A stretch of 64,000 nucleotides of DNA from Alphaproteobacteria bacterium (lineage in GTDB: Bacteria; Pseudomonadota; Alphaproteobacteria; SHVV01), in contig OZ253470.1 of the NCBI GenBank assembly GCA_965261735.1, positions 1,312,001 through 1,376,000 of the forward strand, given 5' to 3'. The position numbers and the translations under genes were made by a program. Positions 1 to 11,783 of the stretch are shown here, piece after piece. Below the pieces are notes generated by a model. It did no database searches, was not told where the DNA came from, and was given only the letters and a program-made list of their open reading frames with translations. Positions within the stretch are counted from its first letter, which is position 1. Each line of letters starts with the position of its first letter.

Positions 1-499
1 GGCAGCTCTCCGTGGGCGTCGACAGGGACTCGATCCGTCGGTTCTTGTAGCGCGCGGCCACGGCGGAATAGGTCCGGCCCAGCGTGTTCTTCGTCATTTC
101 CCAAACGTCGCTGGGTTCGACGTCCGCGGGCGGCGCCACCTCGACCTTGGTCGTCTCCGGAAGGCGGGCGCCGCGCAGCTCCTTGCACAGCCGATCGGCC
201 TTGATCCAGAGCGTCACCGCCTGAAAGAAGACCTCGCGGGGCTGGGCGTTGCGGACCGCGATTTCGGGCCGTGGGTCGTGCGGCTTCTGCATCGCGAGCC
301 GAATGCGCTCCCGCTCACCGCGCACGATCAGCGTATTCTGGTAGACATCGGGCGGCTGGATTTCGCTAGCCGAGCTCGTTGAGGCGATCAGGCAGCCGAG
401 CAGCGTGGAAGCAAGGAGCCCGCGCACGATCTTGCCCCCTATCGCGAGCGAGGCACCGCAAGCTGGGGCCAAGCCCGTGTAGATTGCCAACCAACGCAT
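1..499 (-). CDS. hypothetical exported protein, runs off the window edge
   Basis: Own translation from ATG 499: MRWLAIYTG...GLLASTLLGCLIASTSSASEIQPPDVYQ...QPREVFFQAVTL...EPSDVWE. Open to position 1, hydrophobic N-terminus. Confidence 0.6.
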   Translation of the reverse strand, partial: MRWLAIYTGLAPACGASLAIGGKIVRGLLASTLLGCLIASTSSASEIQPPDVYQNTLIVRGERERIRLAMQKPHDPRPEIAVRNAQPREVFFQAVTLWIKADRLCKELRGARLPETTKVEVAPPADVEPSDVWEMTKNTLGRTYSAVAARYKNRRIESLSTPTESC

Positions 500-557
500 G
501 GCGACCTGCCCGACCAGCGACGCGTGATACGCGAGTTGTACCCTAGGACTTGACACG

Positions 558-2062
558 ATGGATACCGATCGCGCGCCCCGCCCCGGATCGGCCGGCTCGG
601 ACTCCGCAGCCGCGCGGGCCGGCGAGGTGCTGCCGCGCCGGCGCGGGTGGGTGCTGGCCGCGGTCATGGCGACCATCTTCATGGCCGCGATCGAATCGAC
701 GATCGTCGCCACCGCGATGCCGTCTATCGTGCCGCGGTTGGGCGGCTTCCACCTCTACGGTTGGGTGTTCGTCGTCTTCGTGCTGTGCCAGGCGGTGACC
801 ACGCCGATCTTCGGCAAGCTCGCCGACCTCTACGGCCGCCAGCGAATCCTGCTCGCCGGCACGACCCTGTTCCTGGTCGCCTCGCTGCTCTGCGGCTTCG
901 CCGCCACCATGCCGCAGCTCATCGCCTTTCGTGCCCTGCAGGGCCTCGGCGCCGGCGCCATCCTGCCGGTGGCGACGACGATCGTCGGCGATATCTACGG
1001 CCCGCGCGAGCGCGCCCGCAAGCAGGGCTATCTCGCGAGCATGTGGGGCATCGCCTCGGTAGCCGGGCCGGCGATGGGAGCCCTCATCGTCGAGCAGTTC
1101 GACTGGCGGCTCGTGTTCTGGCTCAACCTTCCGCTCGGCGTCGTCGCGATGGCAATGCTGATCCTGTTCCACCGCGAGCGCCTGGCACGCGAGCGCCACC
1201 AGGTCGACTACCTGGGCGCGGTGCTCCTGATGCTGTCGACCGGCGCCCTCATGCTCCTCCTGGTTCAGGGATCGCGTTTTCCCGTTGTCGTGGTCGGTGG
1301 CCTGCTCGCCACGGCGGCGCCTGGCTCTTCGTTCAGGAGCGCCGGGCCGCCGAGCCCGTGCTCCCGCTCGACCTGTGGCGCGACCGTATCGTCGCCTCCG
1401 CGACCTCGGGTGCTGCCCTCATCGGCGCCCTCATGATGGCGGTGATCACTTACCTGCCGGTCCACATCCAGGGAGTCATGGGCGCGCCGCCGGCGGCCGT
1501 CGCACTCGCCACGGCCGCCATCTTCTTCGGTTGGGCGTTGTGCGCCGCCCTCGGCGGGCGCCTGATGGCGTACACGTCCTATCGCCTCATCGTGATCCTC
1601 GGGGGTAGCGCTCTGGTCGCCGGCAACGCGGCTCTCGCCCTCCTCGACCCCGCGGACGGGCCGCTACTCGCCTATGTGGGCGCCCTTTTGGTCGGGATCG
1701 GTCTCGGCTTCACCCACAGCACCTTCATCATCGCGGTGCAGACGAGCGTGGCTTGGAACCGGCGTGGGATCGCGACTTCGAGCGTGCACTTTACGCGCCT
1801 GCTCGGGCAGGCTTTTGGCGCCGCGATTTTCGGCGCCCTGATCAATGCCGCGCTTTTCCGAGTCGCGCCCGAAGCTCAGAGCGTCGTCGATACGATCGTC
1901 GATCCGGTCGCGCCCCACCTGCTGGACCCGGCGGCGCTGGCACCTCTGGTCCAGGCGCTGGCCGGCTCCCTGAGGCAGGTCTATCTGATCGCCTGCGCGC
2001 TCAGCATCGCCGTCCTCGTGCTCGCGTTTCGCATACCGCCGCGCGCCTCGGTCCTCGGCTAG
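558..2062 (+). pseudogene. MDR/DHA2-type MFS transporter, frameshifted near 1315-1322
   Basis: N-half in ORF 558..1436 (ATIFMAAIESTIVATAMP, GKLADLYGR). C-half in another frame (QERRAAEPVLPLDLW...) ending at 2062. Confidence 0.8.
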
Positions 2063-2084
2063 GGATCGGACGCAAGGCCCGGCA

Positions 2085-3002
2085 TCACTCCGGCCATCGG
2101 TGGTGGAGCCAAAACCATTGCTCCGGGCGCTCGCGGATCCACTCCTCCAAGAGGCCGTTGACGCGGCGCATCGTCGCGGCGACGTCGGCCGCCTGATCGC
2201 CGCTGCTCTCGACCTCGAGCGGCGGCAGTGCGGTGACGCGGAACCTGGCGCCCTGCAGGCGCTCGATCCGGGCCGGCACGATCGGGCAATCGTACCTGAG
2301 CGCGAGCTGGGCGAGCGTCGGCGCGGTCATGGCGTCGCGGCCGAAGAAGGGCACCGGGATGCCCTCGTTGTACTTGTTGTCGACCAGCATGGCGAGGTGG
2401 CCGCCGTCTTTGAGAGCCGCGAGCATGCGCAGCGCGCCGGTGGCGCCCTTAGCGACGTAGCGGCCGCGGTGCCGGGTGCGCACCCGCTGGATGATCTCCT
2501 CGACCAGCGGGTTGTTGGCGGCGCGGTAGACGTGGGTCAGTTCTACCCCGCGCTGCAGCCCAGCCAGCGGCATGATCTCCCAATTGGCGATGTGGGCGGA
2601 AAAGAAGATGCCGCCCTTGCCGTCGTCGCGCAGCCGGTCGATGTGTTCGGCGCCGATCACCTCGACACGGCCATCATCGGCGTAGCAGTCGATGTCGCCG
2701 AGGTGCGGGTATTCGCCGACGACGCGGCCGAGATTGTCCCACATGCGCCGCACGATGGCGCGGACCGTTCCGCGGTCAAGCTCGGGAAGAGCGCGGCCAA
2801 GGTTGCGCTCCGCGCGCCGCGAGACGGCGAGCCGGGGGCCGATGACGCGGCCGAGGAAGCCGCCGACGGCGGAGGCGCGGTCGAGGGACAGGCTGGCGAA
2901 GAAGGCGAAGGCGAGCCGTACCGCGAGCGCCTCGGCGACATAGCGCAGCCGCGGCGGCCCCTTGCCGCTGGCGACGCCCGATCGCGATTCGCCGGCCACC
3001 AT
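2085..3002 (-). CDS. lpxL: lipid A late (lauroyl/myristoyl) acyltransferase, HtrB/LpxL family
   Basis: SAHIANWE (HX4E) motif, VPFFG, IRERPEQWFWLHHRW; lies in the lipid A operon. Confidence 0.9.
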   Translation of the reverse strand: MVAGESRSGVASGKGPPRLRYVAEALAVRLAFAFFASLSLDRASAVGGFLGRVIGPRLAVSRRAERNLGRALPELDRGTVRAIVRRMWDNLGRVVGEYPHLGDIDCYADDGRVEVIGAEHIDRLRDDGKGGIFFSAHIANWEIMPLAGLQRGVELTHVYRAANNPLVEEIIQRVRTRHRGRYVAKGATGALRMLAALKDGGHLAMLVDNKYNEGIPVPFFGRDAMTAPTLAQLALRYDCPIVPARIERLQGARFRVTALPPLEVESSGDQAADVAATMRRVNGLLEEWIRERPEQWFWLHHRWPE

Positions 3003-3013
3003 CGCCGGCGCTC

Positions 3014-3991
3014 TCAGCCGCCGTTCAAGGCCGGGTCTAGGACCCGATCGAGCGCACCCGGATCCTCGAACTCGAGCGAAATCGGCACCGCAGTGACCAT
3101 GGCCTGAGCCTCGGGCGGAAGGCGGACCCAGTCCTTTGCGGTGGTGACCAGGCGGGCGCCGTGCGCGCTCGCGAGCTCGACGAACTGCATAATCTCGTCC
3201 TCATCATAGAAGTGATGATCGGCGAACGGCCGGGCCGCCAGCACCTGGCAGCCGTGCGCGCGCAGCGTATCGAAGAACTTACCGGGGCGCCCGATGCCGG
3301 CGAAGGCGATGACCGGATCACCGGCCAGATAAGCCACCGAATCGTTGGGGACCAGCCGAGCCTTGAGCCAGGGGATGCGTCGGTCGCCGTCGATGGCGAC
3401 GTTGTGCGCCACCGGATCGTCGATCAGAACGACAGCGTCGGCGCGCGCGAGCCCGCGCGCGGCCGCCTCGCGCAAGGGGCCGGCCGGCAGGACTCGGCCG
3501 TTGCCGAAGCCGTAGCCGCCATCGACCACCAGCAGGGACACGTCCTTCTCGAGGGTGGGATTCTGCAGGCCGTCGTCCATGACGACGACCTCGGCGCCGG
3601 CCGCGGCGGCGGCTCGGGCACCGGCCGGGCGGTCGCGCGAAACCCACGTTGGCGCCGCCGCGGCGAGCAACAGAGCCTCGTCACCGACGTCGCGCGCGAG
3701 ATGGGCGCTCGGATCGACCCGCAGGGGTCCGGCTGTGCGCCCACGGTAGCCACGGCTCAGAAAGTGGACGGACCGCCCGCCCTCACGCAGACGCCGCCCG
3801 ATCGCGAGCGCGACCGGCGTCTTGCCGGCACCGCCCGCGGTCAAGTTACCGGCACACATGATCGGCACCGGCGCCCGCACCGGCCGCACCAGGCCTCGGC
3901 GCATCCGTCCGGCGAGATCGTAGATTGCCGCTACCGGCGCGAGCAGGGAGGCAAGCGAACAGTCGCGAGCCCAGAACTCAGGCGCCTGCAT
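3014..3991 (-). CDS. lpxK: tetraacyldisaccharide 4'-kinase
   Basis: MQAPEFW start, GNLTAGGAGKTP, LSRGY, MDDGLQN, LPAGPLRE, FADHH, TTAKD. Confidence 0.95.
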   Translation of the reverse strand: MQAPEFWARDCSLASLLAPVAAIYDLAGRMRRGLVRPVRAPVPIMCAGNLTAGGAGKTPVALAIGRRLREGGRSVHFLSRGYRGRTAGPLRVDPSAHLARDVGDEALLLAAAAPTWVSRDRPAGARAAAAAGAEVVVMDDGLQNPTLEKDVSLLVVDGGYGFGNGRVLPAGPLREAAARGLARADAVVLIDDPVAHNVAIDGDRRIPWLKARLVPNDSVAYLAGDPVIAFAGIGRPGKFFDTLRAHGCQVLAARPFADHHFYDEDEIMQFVELASAHGARLVTTAKDWVRLPPEAQAMVTAVPISLEFEDPGALDRVLDPALNGG

Positions 3992-6044
3992 GGACCCTGC
4001 TGTCGCGAGGCGCCGGTGCGGAGTCCGGGAGCCAGGGGGCGAGCTCGGCCATGATCGCATCCAGCGCCCCGGCGCCATGGGCCGCTATCGCCTGTGCCGC
4101 GGCGGCCCGGCGCGCGCGCTCGGGCGCGTCGTCGAGCAACTCGGCCACGGCACCGGCGAGCGCGCCCGCGTCCGCGACCGCACGGATCGCCTCGGCCTCG
4201 GCCAGCGCCGCCACCATGGGCGCGAAATTCTCGGTGTGCGGCCCGCATAGCAGGGCGCAGTCGAGGCGCGCCGGCTCGAGCGGGTTGTGGCCCCCGCGGG
4301 CGACCAGCGAGCCGCCGACGAGCACGATACCGGCGAGGCGGTAGAACAGCCCGAGCTCGCCCAGGGTATCGGCGACGTAAATGTCGGTCGTGGTGTCGAT
4401 GGCCTCGCCGGCGCCGCGCCGGGCGACCTCGAGGCCCTGCCGCGCGAAGTCGCGCGCGAGCCCTTCGCCGCGCCCGGGATGGCGCGGCACGACTACGCTG
4501 AGAAGCCGCGGATGGCGCGCCTTTAGGATCGCGTGGACCGTGCCGACGATGGCCTCCTCGCCCTCGTGCGTGCTCGCCGCCAGCCATAGCGGGCGCCCGG
4601 CGGTCGCCGAACGGAGCTGCGCCAGCTCGGCCTCATCGGCCGGCAGCGCCGCCGCGGCGTGCTTGAGGTTGCCGGCGAGCCGCACTACGCGCGCGCCGAG
4701 GGTACGGTAGCGCTCGGCCTCGGCCGGGCTCTGCGCGAGACACAGATCGAAACAGCCGATCACCGCCGCCGCCAGCTTGCGCACCCGCCGCCAGCGGGCG
4801 AAGGAGCGCGCCGACATGCGCGCATTCAGCAGGACCATGGGAATGCCGCGCGCGCGCGCAGCCGTGATCAGATTGGGCCACAGCTCGGACTCGACCCATA
4901 GGGCGAGATCGGGCCGCCAGTGTTTGAGAAACCGCCGCACCGCATCGGGCCGGTCGACGGGCACGAACTGGTGGCAGGCGCGCGCCGGCAGGCGTTCGGC
5001 CGCGAGCGCAGCGGAGGTGCGGGTTCCGGTAGTGAGCAGCACGTGACATCGATCGTGGGCGGCGAGCACGCGTTCGATCACCGTCAGCACCGACACGGTC
5101 TCGCCGACGCTCGCCGCGTGGAGCCACACGAGCTCACCGTCGGGCCGTGTGAGACTGGCCCGGCCCAACCGTTCGCCGAGGCGCCCCGGCTCCTCCTTGC
5201 CCCGGCTCCGGCGGCGCCGCAGGTAGAGCCCGATCAGCGGCGCCAGCACGCGCGTCGTGCCCCGGTAGAGGACGAGCGTCGCGGGCTCGTCCGCGGTGCC
5301 CGGCGCGGTCTGCTCGGCGGCGCCGGGCAGCGGTCCCACGGCCTCGGCCGCGGGCGGGGCCGGCAGCAGCGGCGCGTGGCCGCAGGCGCCATCGGCATCG
5401 GCACCCAGCGTATTGAGCCGCTCTTCAAGCTCGCGGCGTGCCGACTCGAGGGCGGCGCCTGGCGCGTCGCGCGCGACGAGGATGGCTTCGCCCCACCGGA
5501 CCACCCCGCGCGAGAACGGCAGCGCGATGATGAAGCGATCCCAGCTCCCCAGCACGCGCCGCCGGCTTGCCGTTACCGTGACCGGCACGATCGGGACGCC
5601 CGAGCGGCGCGCCAGAGCGATAATGCCGCTCGACGCGCGCATGCGCGGCCCGCGCGGCCCGTCCGGCGTAATGCCGACGCACTCGCCCGATTCGAGCCGG
5701 CGCACCATCTCGCGCATCGCCTGGACCCCGCCGCGGCCCGGCGACCCGCGGATGGCACCGAAGCCGAAATGCCTGATGGTCTCGGCGATGAGCTCGCCGT
5801 CGCGGTGGCGCGAGATCAGCATGCTGCCGGCAACGCCACGACGCCAGATGTAGGGAATCATCGACAGCCGCTGGTGCCAGAAGGCGAGGATGAAGGGTCG
5901 GCCACTATCCCAAAACGCGACCGGCGCCGGACCCTCGACGCGCCACCGACCCGTCACGCGGACGAGGCGGATATACTGGGCCGTCAGCCAGCACAGGAAG
6001 CGCCGAACCGTGGCGTTGCCCAGGATGCGCTTGACCGGCCTCAC
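3978..6044 (-). CDS. waaA: fusion of DUF374/LpxJ-type acyltransferase (N-terminal) and Kdo transferase WaaA (C-terminal)
   Basis: N-terminal FWHQRL, ISRHRDGE, ITPDGPRGP, SWDRF; Pro/Ala linker; then WLHAASVGE, ESELWPN, ASTHEGE, PRHP, DTLGEL, GGHNPLEPA. Confidence 0.9.
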   Translation of the reverse strand: MRPVKRILGNATVRRFLCWLTAQYIRLVRVTGRWRVEGPAPVAFWDSGRPFILAFWHQRLSMIPYIWRRGVAGSMLISRHRDGELIAETIRHFGFGAIRGSPGRGGVQAMREMVRRLESGECVGITPDGPRGPRMRASSGIIALARRSGVPIVPVTVTASRRRVLGSWDRFIIALPFSRGVVRWGEAILVARDAPGAALESARRELEERLNTLGADADGACGHAPLLPAPPAAEAVGPLPGAAEQTAPGTADEPATLVLYRGTTRVLAPLIGLYLRRRRSRGKEEPGRLGERLGRASLTRPDGELVWLHAASVGETVSVLTVIERVLAAHDRCHVLLTTGTRTSAALAAERLPARACHQFVPVDRPDAVRRFLKHWRPDLALWVESELWPNLITAARARGIPMVLLNARMSARSFARWRRVRKLAAAVIGCFDLCLAQSPAEAERYRTLGARVVRLAGNLKHAAAALPADEAELAQLRSATAGRPLWLAASTHEGEEAIVGTVHAILKARHPRLLSVVVPRHPGRGEGLARDFARQGLEVARRGAGEAIDTTTDIYVADTLGELGLFYRLAGIVLVGGSLVARGGHNPLEPARLDCALLCGPHTENFAPMVAALAEAEAIRAVADAGALAGAVAELLDDAPERARRAAAAQAIAAHGAGALDAIMAELAPWLPDSAPAPRDSRVHAGA

Positions 6045-6068
6045 CGTGGCGCTCCGCCGGCCATCGGT

Positions 6069-7874
<1,806 letters not shown>

Positions 7875-8007
7875 GATACCTCTTCCGGTGCCCCTACCGG
7901 CCGGCGCCGAACATAGCATGAGCCCCGAGGGCGGGCCAATCGTTGCCACGGTGGCGGCGCCCGCGATACTCTCGGCGCACGCCCCCGACACGCCTCCTCG
8001 GTGCCGC

Positions 8008-10062
8008 ATGTCGCCTGAAATCGTCGCCTCGGCCTGCCCGCACGATTGCCCCTCAACCTGTGCGCTCGAGGTCGAGCGGCTCGATGCGCGCACCATCGGA
8101 CGGGTGCGCGGCGCCAAGGCCAACAGCTACACCGACGGCGTCATCTGCGCCAAGGTGGCGCGCTACGCCGAGCGCGTCCACCACCCGGACCGCCTGCGCC
8201 AGCCCCTGCGGCGTAACGGTCCCAAGGGCAGCGGCGCGTTCGAGCCGATCTCGTGGGGCGACGCGCTCGACGAGGTCGCCGATCGTTTCGCGGCCGCGAG
8301 CGCGCACCACGGGGCCGAGGCCGTATGGCCCTACTACTACGCCGGCACGATGGGGCTGGTGCAGCGCGACGGCATCAATCGGCTGCGCCACGTGATGGGC
8401 TATTCCGGCCAGAAGAAGACCATCTGCACCACGCTCGTTTAGTCGGGCTGGCTCGCCGGCACCGGCTCGCTGCGCGGCCCCGATCCGCGCGAGATGGCCG
8501 AGTCCGACCTCATCATCCTGTGGGGCACGAACGCCGCCGCGACCCAGGTCAATGTCATGAGCCACATCGCCACGGCGCGCAAAGGCCGCGGTGCCCGCCT
8601 CGTGGTCGTCGATCCCTACCGCAACGCCAGCGCCGAGGTCGCCGACCAGCACCTGTGCCTGCGCCCGGGCACCGACGGCGCGCTCGCCTGCGCCATGATG
8701 CACGTGCTGTTCAAGGAGGGCTACGCCGACCGCGACTACCTCGCGCGCTACACCGACGTACCCGGCGAGCTCGAGGCCCACCTGGCCGAGCGCCCGCCGT
8801 CGTGGGCGGCACCCCTCACTGGGCTCGACGAAGGCGAGATCGTCGCCTTCGCGCGCGCCTACGGCGCCACCGAACGCAGCTTCATCCGTATCGGCTACGG
8901 CTTCTCGCGCTCGCGCAACGGGCCGGCCAACGTCCACGCCGTGTCCTGCCTGCCCGCGCTCACCGGAGCCTGGCGGCATCGCGGGGGCGGCGCCTTCTTC
9001 GGCAATGGCGCCATCTATCACTGGGATAAGACGCTGATCGAGGGGCTCGATCGGTGCGATCCGCAAACGCGTATTCTCGATATGTCGCGCATCGGCCCGG
9101 TGCTTACCGGCGATGCGAGCGACCTCGGCGACGGCCCGCCGGTGAGGGCGATGTTGATCCAGAACACCAACCCGATGGTAGTCGCGCCAGAGCACCTCAA
9201 GGTACGCGCAGGTCTCGCGCGCGAGGACCTGTTCGTCTGCGTGCACGAGCAGTTCATGACCGAGACCGCGGCGATGGCCGATATCGTGCTGCCCGCGACC
9301 ACGTTTCTCGAGCACGACGACCTCTATCAGGCTGGCGGTCATTCGCACATCCAGGTTGGCCCCAGGATCATCGAGCCGCTATCGGAGTGCCGCTCCAACC
9401 ACGAGGTCATCTGTGGCTTGGCGGCGCGCCTCGGCGCCGAGCATCAGGGCTTTGGCATGAGCGCGTGGGAGCTGATCGATGCGACGCTCGGCGCCTCCGG
9501 CTGGCCCGACGCGGCGACGCTCAGGGCGGCGCGCTGGCACGACTGCCAGCCCGACTTCGAGACCGCCCATTTCCTCAACGGCTTCGGCACGCCCGACGGC
9601 CGCTTCCACTTCGCGCCCGACTGGGACGCGATCGGTCCGCAGGGCGCGGCGATGCCGCGGCTGCCCGATCACTTCGCGGTCATCGAGGAGAGCGATGCGG
9701 AGCACCCCTTCCGCCTGGTCACGGCGCCGGCGCGCGGCTTTCTCAATTCGACTTTCACCGAGACGCCGACCTCCATGGCGCGAGAGGGCCGGCCCGAGCT
9801 GCTGATCCACCCCGAGGACGCCGGCCAGCTCGCGCTCGGCGACGGCGATCCGGTCGTGATCGGCAACCGGCGCGCCGCGGTGTCCCTCCACGCGCGGCTC
9901 TTCGATGGCCTCAGGCGCGTCGTCGTCGTGGTCGAGAGCGTGTGGCCCAACGCCGCGTTCGAAGGTGGCATCGGCATCAACGCGCTGACCGGCGCCGACG
10001 CGCCCCCGCCCAATGGCGGCGCGGCGTTCCACGACAGCGCGGTGTGGATCCGCGCCGCGTGA
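8008..10062 (+). pseudogene. molybdopterin (bis-MGD) oxidoreductase with in-frame TAG at 8440-8442
   Basis: CPHDCPSTC...ICAKV Fe-S motif, ISWGDALD, YYAGTMG, ICTTLV*SGW; same frame continues GPDPREMAESD...TETAAMADIVLPATT...IHPEDA. Confidence 0.85.
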
Positions 10063-10081
10063 ACCCACCGGCGACACCGCC

Positions 10082-10978
10082 ATGACTGAAGCGGAGCGCC
10101 GCATCCTGATCATCGATAACCCGGTCGCCGGACGGCGCGGGCGCGCAGGCCCGGCGTTCGCGGCCACGCTCGACGCCCTCGCGGCCGAGGGCGCCGCCGT
10201 CACCGTCATGCTCAGCGAGCGCCCCGGCCACGCCGAGGTGCTGGCGCGAGATCACGTCGCCGCGTTCGACGTCGTGGTCGCCGCCGGCGGCGACGGCACG
10301 GTCAACGAGGTGGTCAACGGACTCCTCGCCGCCAAGGGTGGCGGCGCGCGGCCGCTGCTCGCCACCCTGCCCTACGGTACGATGAACGTGCTCGCGCTCG
10401 AGACCGGCCTCGACGGAACGCCCGCGGCGACCGCCCGCGTGCTCGCCCGCGGCGGCTCGGTCGCCGCCACCGTCGGTATCGCCAACGACCGGCGTTTCTT
10501 GCTCACCGCCGGCGCTGGCATCGACTCGGCGGCCGTGCGCTACCTCACGCCGCGGCTCAAGCGCTCCTTGCGCGGCGGCGCCAATTTCGCGGCATTGGCG
10601 ATGGCCCTGGTGCGCGAGGGTGGCGCCCTCTTCGAGGTCGAGGTCGACGGCGAGCGTCATGCGGCCTCCACCCTGATCACCACGAGCGCCAGCCGCTACG
10701 CCGGGCCGCACGTCGTCGCACCAGGCGCGAGGCTCGACGACGGCACGCTCCACGTCCTGCTCGGCCTCGGCCACGGGCGCTGGAACTTGATGCGCTACGG
10801 CATCGCCTATGCGCGCGGCCGCATCCCCTACCTGCCCGACGTTCTAATCAAGCCGACGCGCCGCGTCCGGGTGCTGTCGCCGGTCGGCTATCCCGTGCAG
10901 CTCGACGGCGACAACCGCGCGCAAGTGCCGCTCGACATCACCCTCGATGACAGGACGCTGGAGGTCCTCAGCGCCTGA
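10082..10978 (+). CDS. diacylglycerol/lipid kinase family protein
   Basis: NPVAG, AGGDGTVNEVVNG, LPYGTMN, QLDGD motifs. Confidence 0.9.
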   Translation: MTEAERRILIIDNPVAGRRGRAGPAFAATLDALAAEGAAVTVMLSERPGHAEVLARDHVAAFDVVVAAGGDGTVNEVVNGLLAAKGGGARPLLATLPYGTMNVLALETGLDGTPAATARVLARGGSVAATVGIANDRRFLLTAGAGIDSAAVRYLTPRLKRSLRGGANFAALAMALVREGGALFEVEVDGERHAASTLITTSASRYAGPHVVAPGARLDDGTLHVLLGLGHGRWNLMRYGIAYARGRIPYLPDVLIKPTRRVRVLSPVGYPVQLDGDNRAQVPLDITLDDRTLEVLSA

Positions 10979-11783
10979 CCGCACCGGCGAACTGGCGCAC
11001 GAGCTCGGCGTGCAGGGGTGGGCCGGCGGCGATCACGGAAGGGTGGATCGGGTCGGGCTCGTTGTAGACGAGCGGCTCGCCCCGCGCGGTGGTTATGCGG
11101 CCCCCGGCTTCGGCCATCAGGAGGTCGCTCGCGGCGACGTCCCAGTCGCTCTTGGCGCTCAGCGACACCGTGGCATCGAAGCGGCCGGCGGCGGTGAGCG
11201 CCAGCCGATAGGCGATCGATCCGCTCTCGACGGCCTCGGTCGATCCGAACGCTGCGGGATCGAGCGCGCGCTCGAAGGCGCGCGGTTTGGTGAGCACGCT
11301 CGCGCCCGCGAGGCTGGTGCGGCGGCCTACGGCGATGGCAGCACCATTGAGGCTGGCGCCGCCGCCCCGAACAGCCGCGAAGAACTCATCGCTCGCCGGG
11401 TTGAACACGATAGCCGCCGCCGGCTCCCTATCGACCACGAGAGCCACGCTCACCGTGAACTCGGGCGTGCCGTCGAGGAACGCGCGCGTGCCGTCGATCG
11501 GATCGACCGTCCAGACGCGCGCCGCCGCGAAGCGTGCCGCATCGTCGTCGCTCTCCTCCGACAGCCAGCCGTAGCCGGGCCTAGGCGAGCACAAGCGCTC
11601 GCGCAGCAGGTCGTTGACGGCGATATCGGCCTCGCTTACGGGGTCGCCGTGCTTCTTGCGCCAGACCTTTACGTCCGCGCCGAAGTAACTCAGGGCGAGG
11701 GCGCCGGCCTCGCGCACGGCCGCGGTCAGGAGGGCGAAGTCGGCGGCGAGGTCGGGCGCGGTGGTGCCCGCAACCAACGTCAT
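10968..11783 (-). CDS. cysQ: inositol monophosphatase / CysQ family phosphatase
   Basis: PVSEAD, LSEE, WTVDPIDGT, SIAYRL, WDVAA motifs. Confidence 0.8.
   Translation of the reverse strand: MTLVAGTTAPDLAADFALLTAAVREAGALALSYFGADVKVWRKKHGDPVSEADIAVNDLLRERLCSPRPGYGWLSEESDDDAARFAAARVWTVDPIDGTRAFLDGTPEFTVSVALVVDREPAAAIVFNPASDEFFAAVRGGGASLNGAAIAVGRRTSLAGASVLTKPRAFERALDPAAFGSTEAVESGSIAYRLALTAAGRFDATVSLSAKSDWDVAASDLLMAEAGGRITTARGEPLVYNEPDPIHPSVIAAGPPLHAELVRQFAGAVRR

Noticed and set aside
8425-8442. Selenocysteine in the Mo-oxidoreductase
   Set aside because: The stop is TAG, not TGA, and the putative ligand codon is an ordinary TGC.
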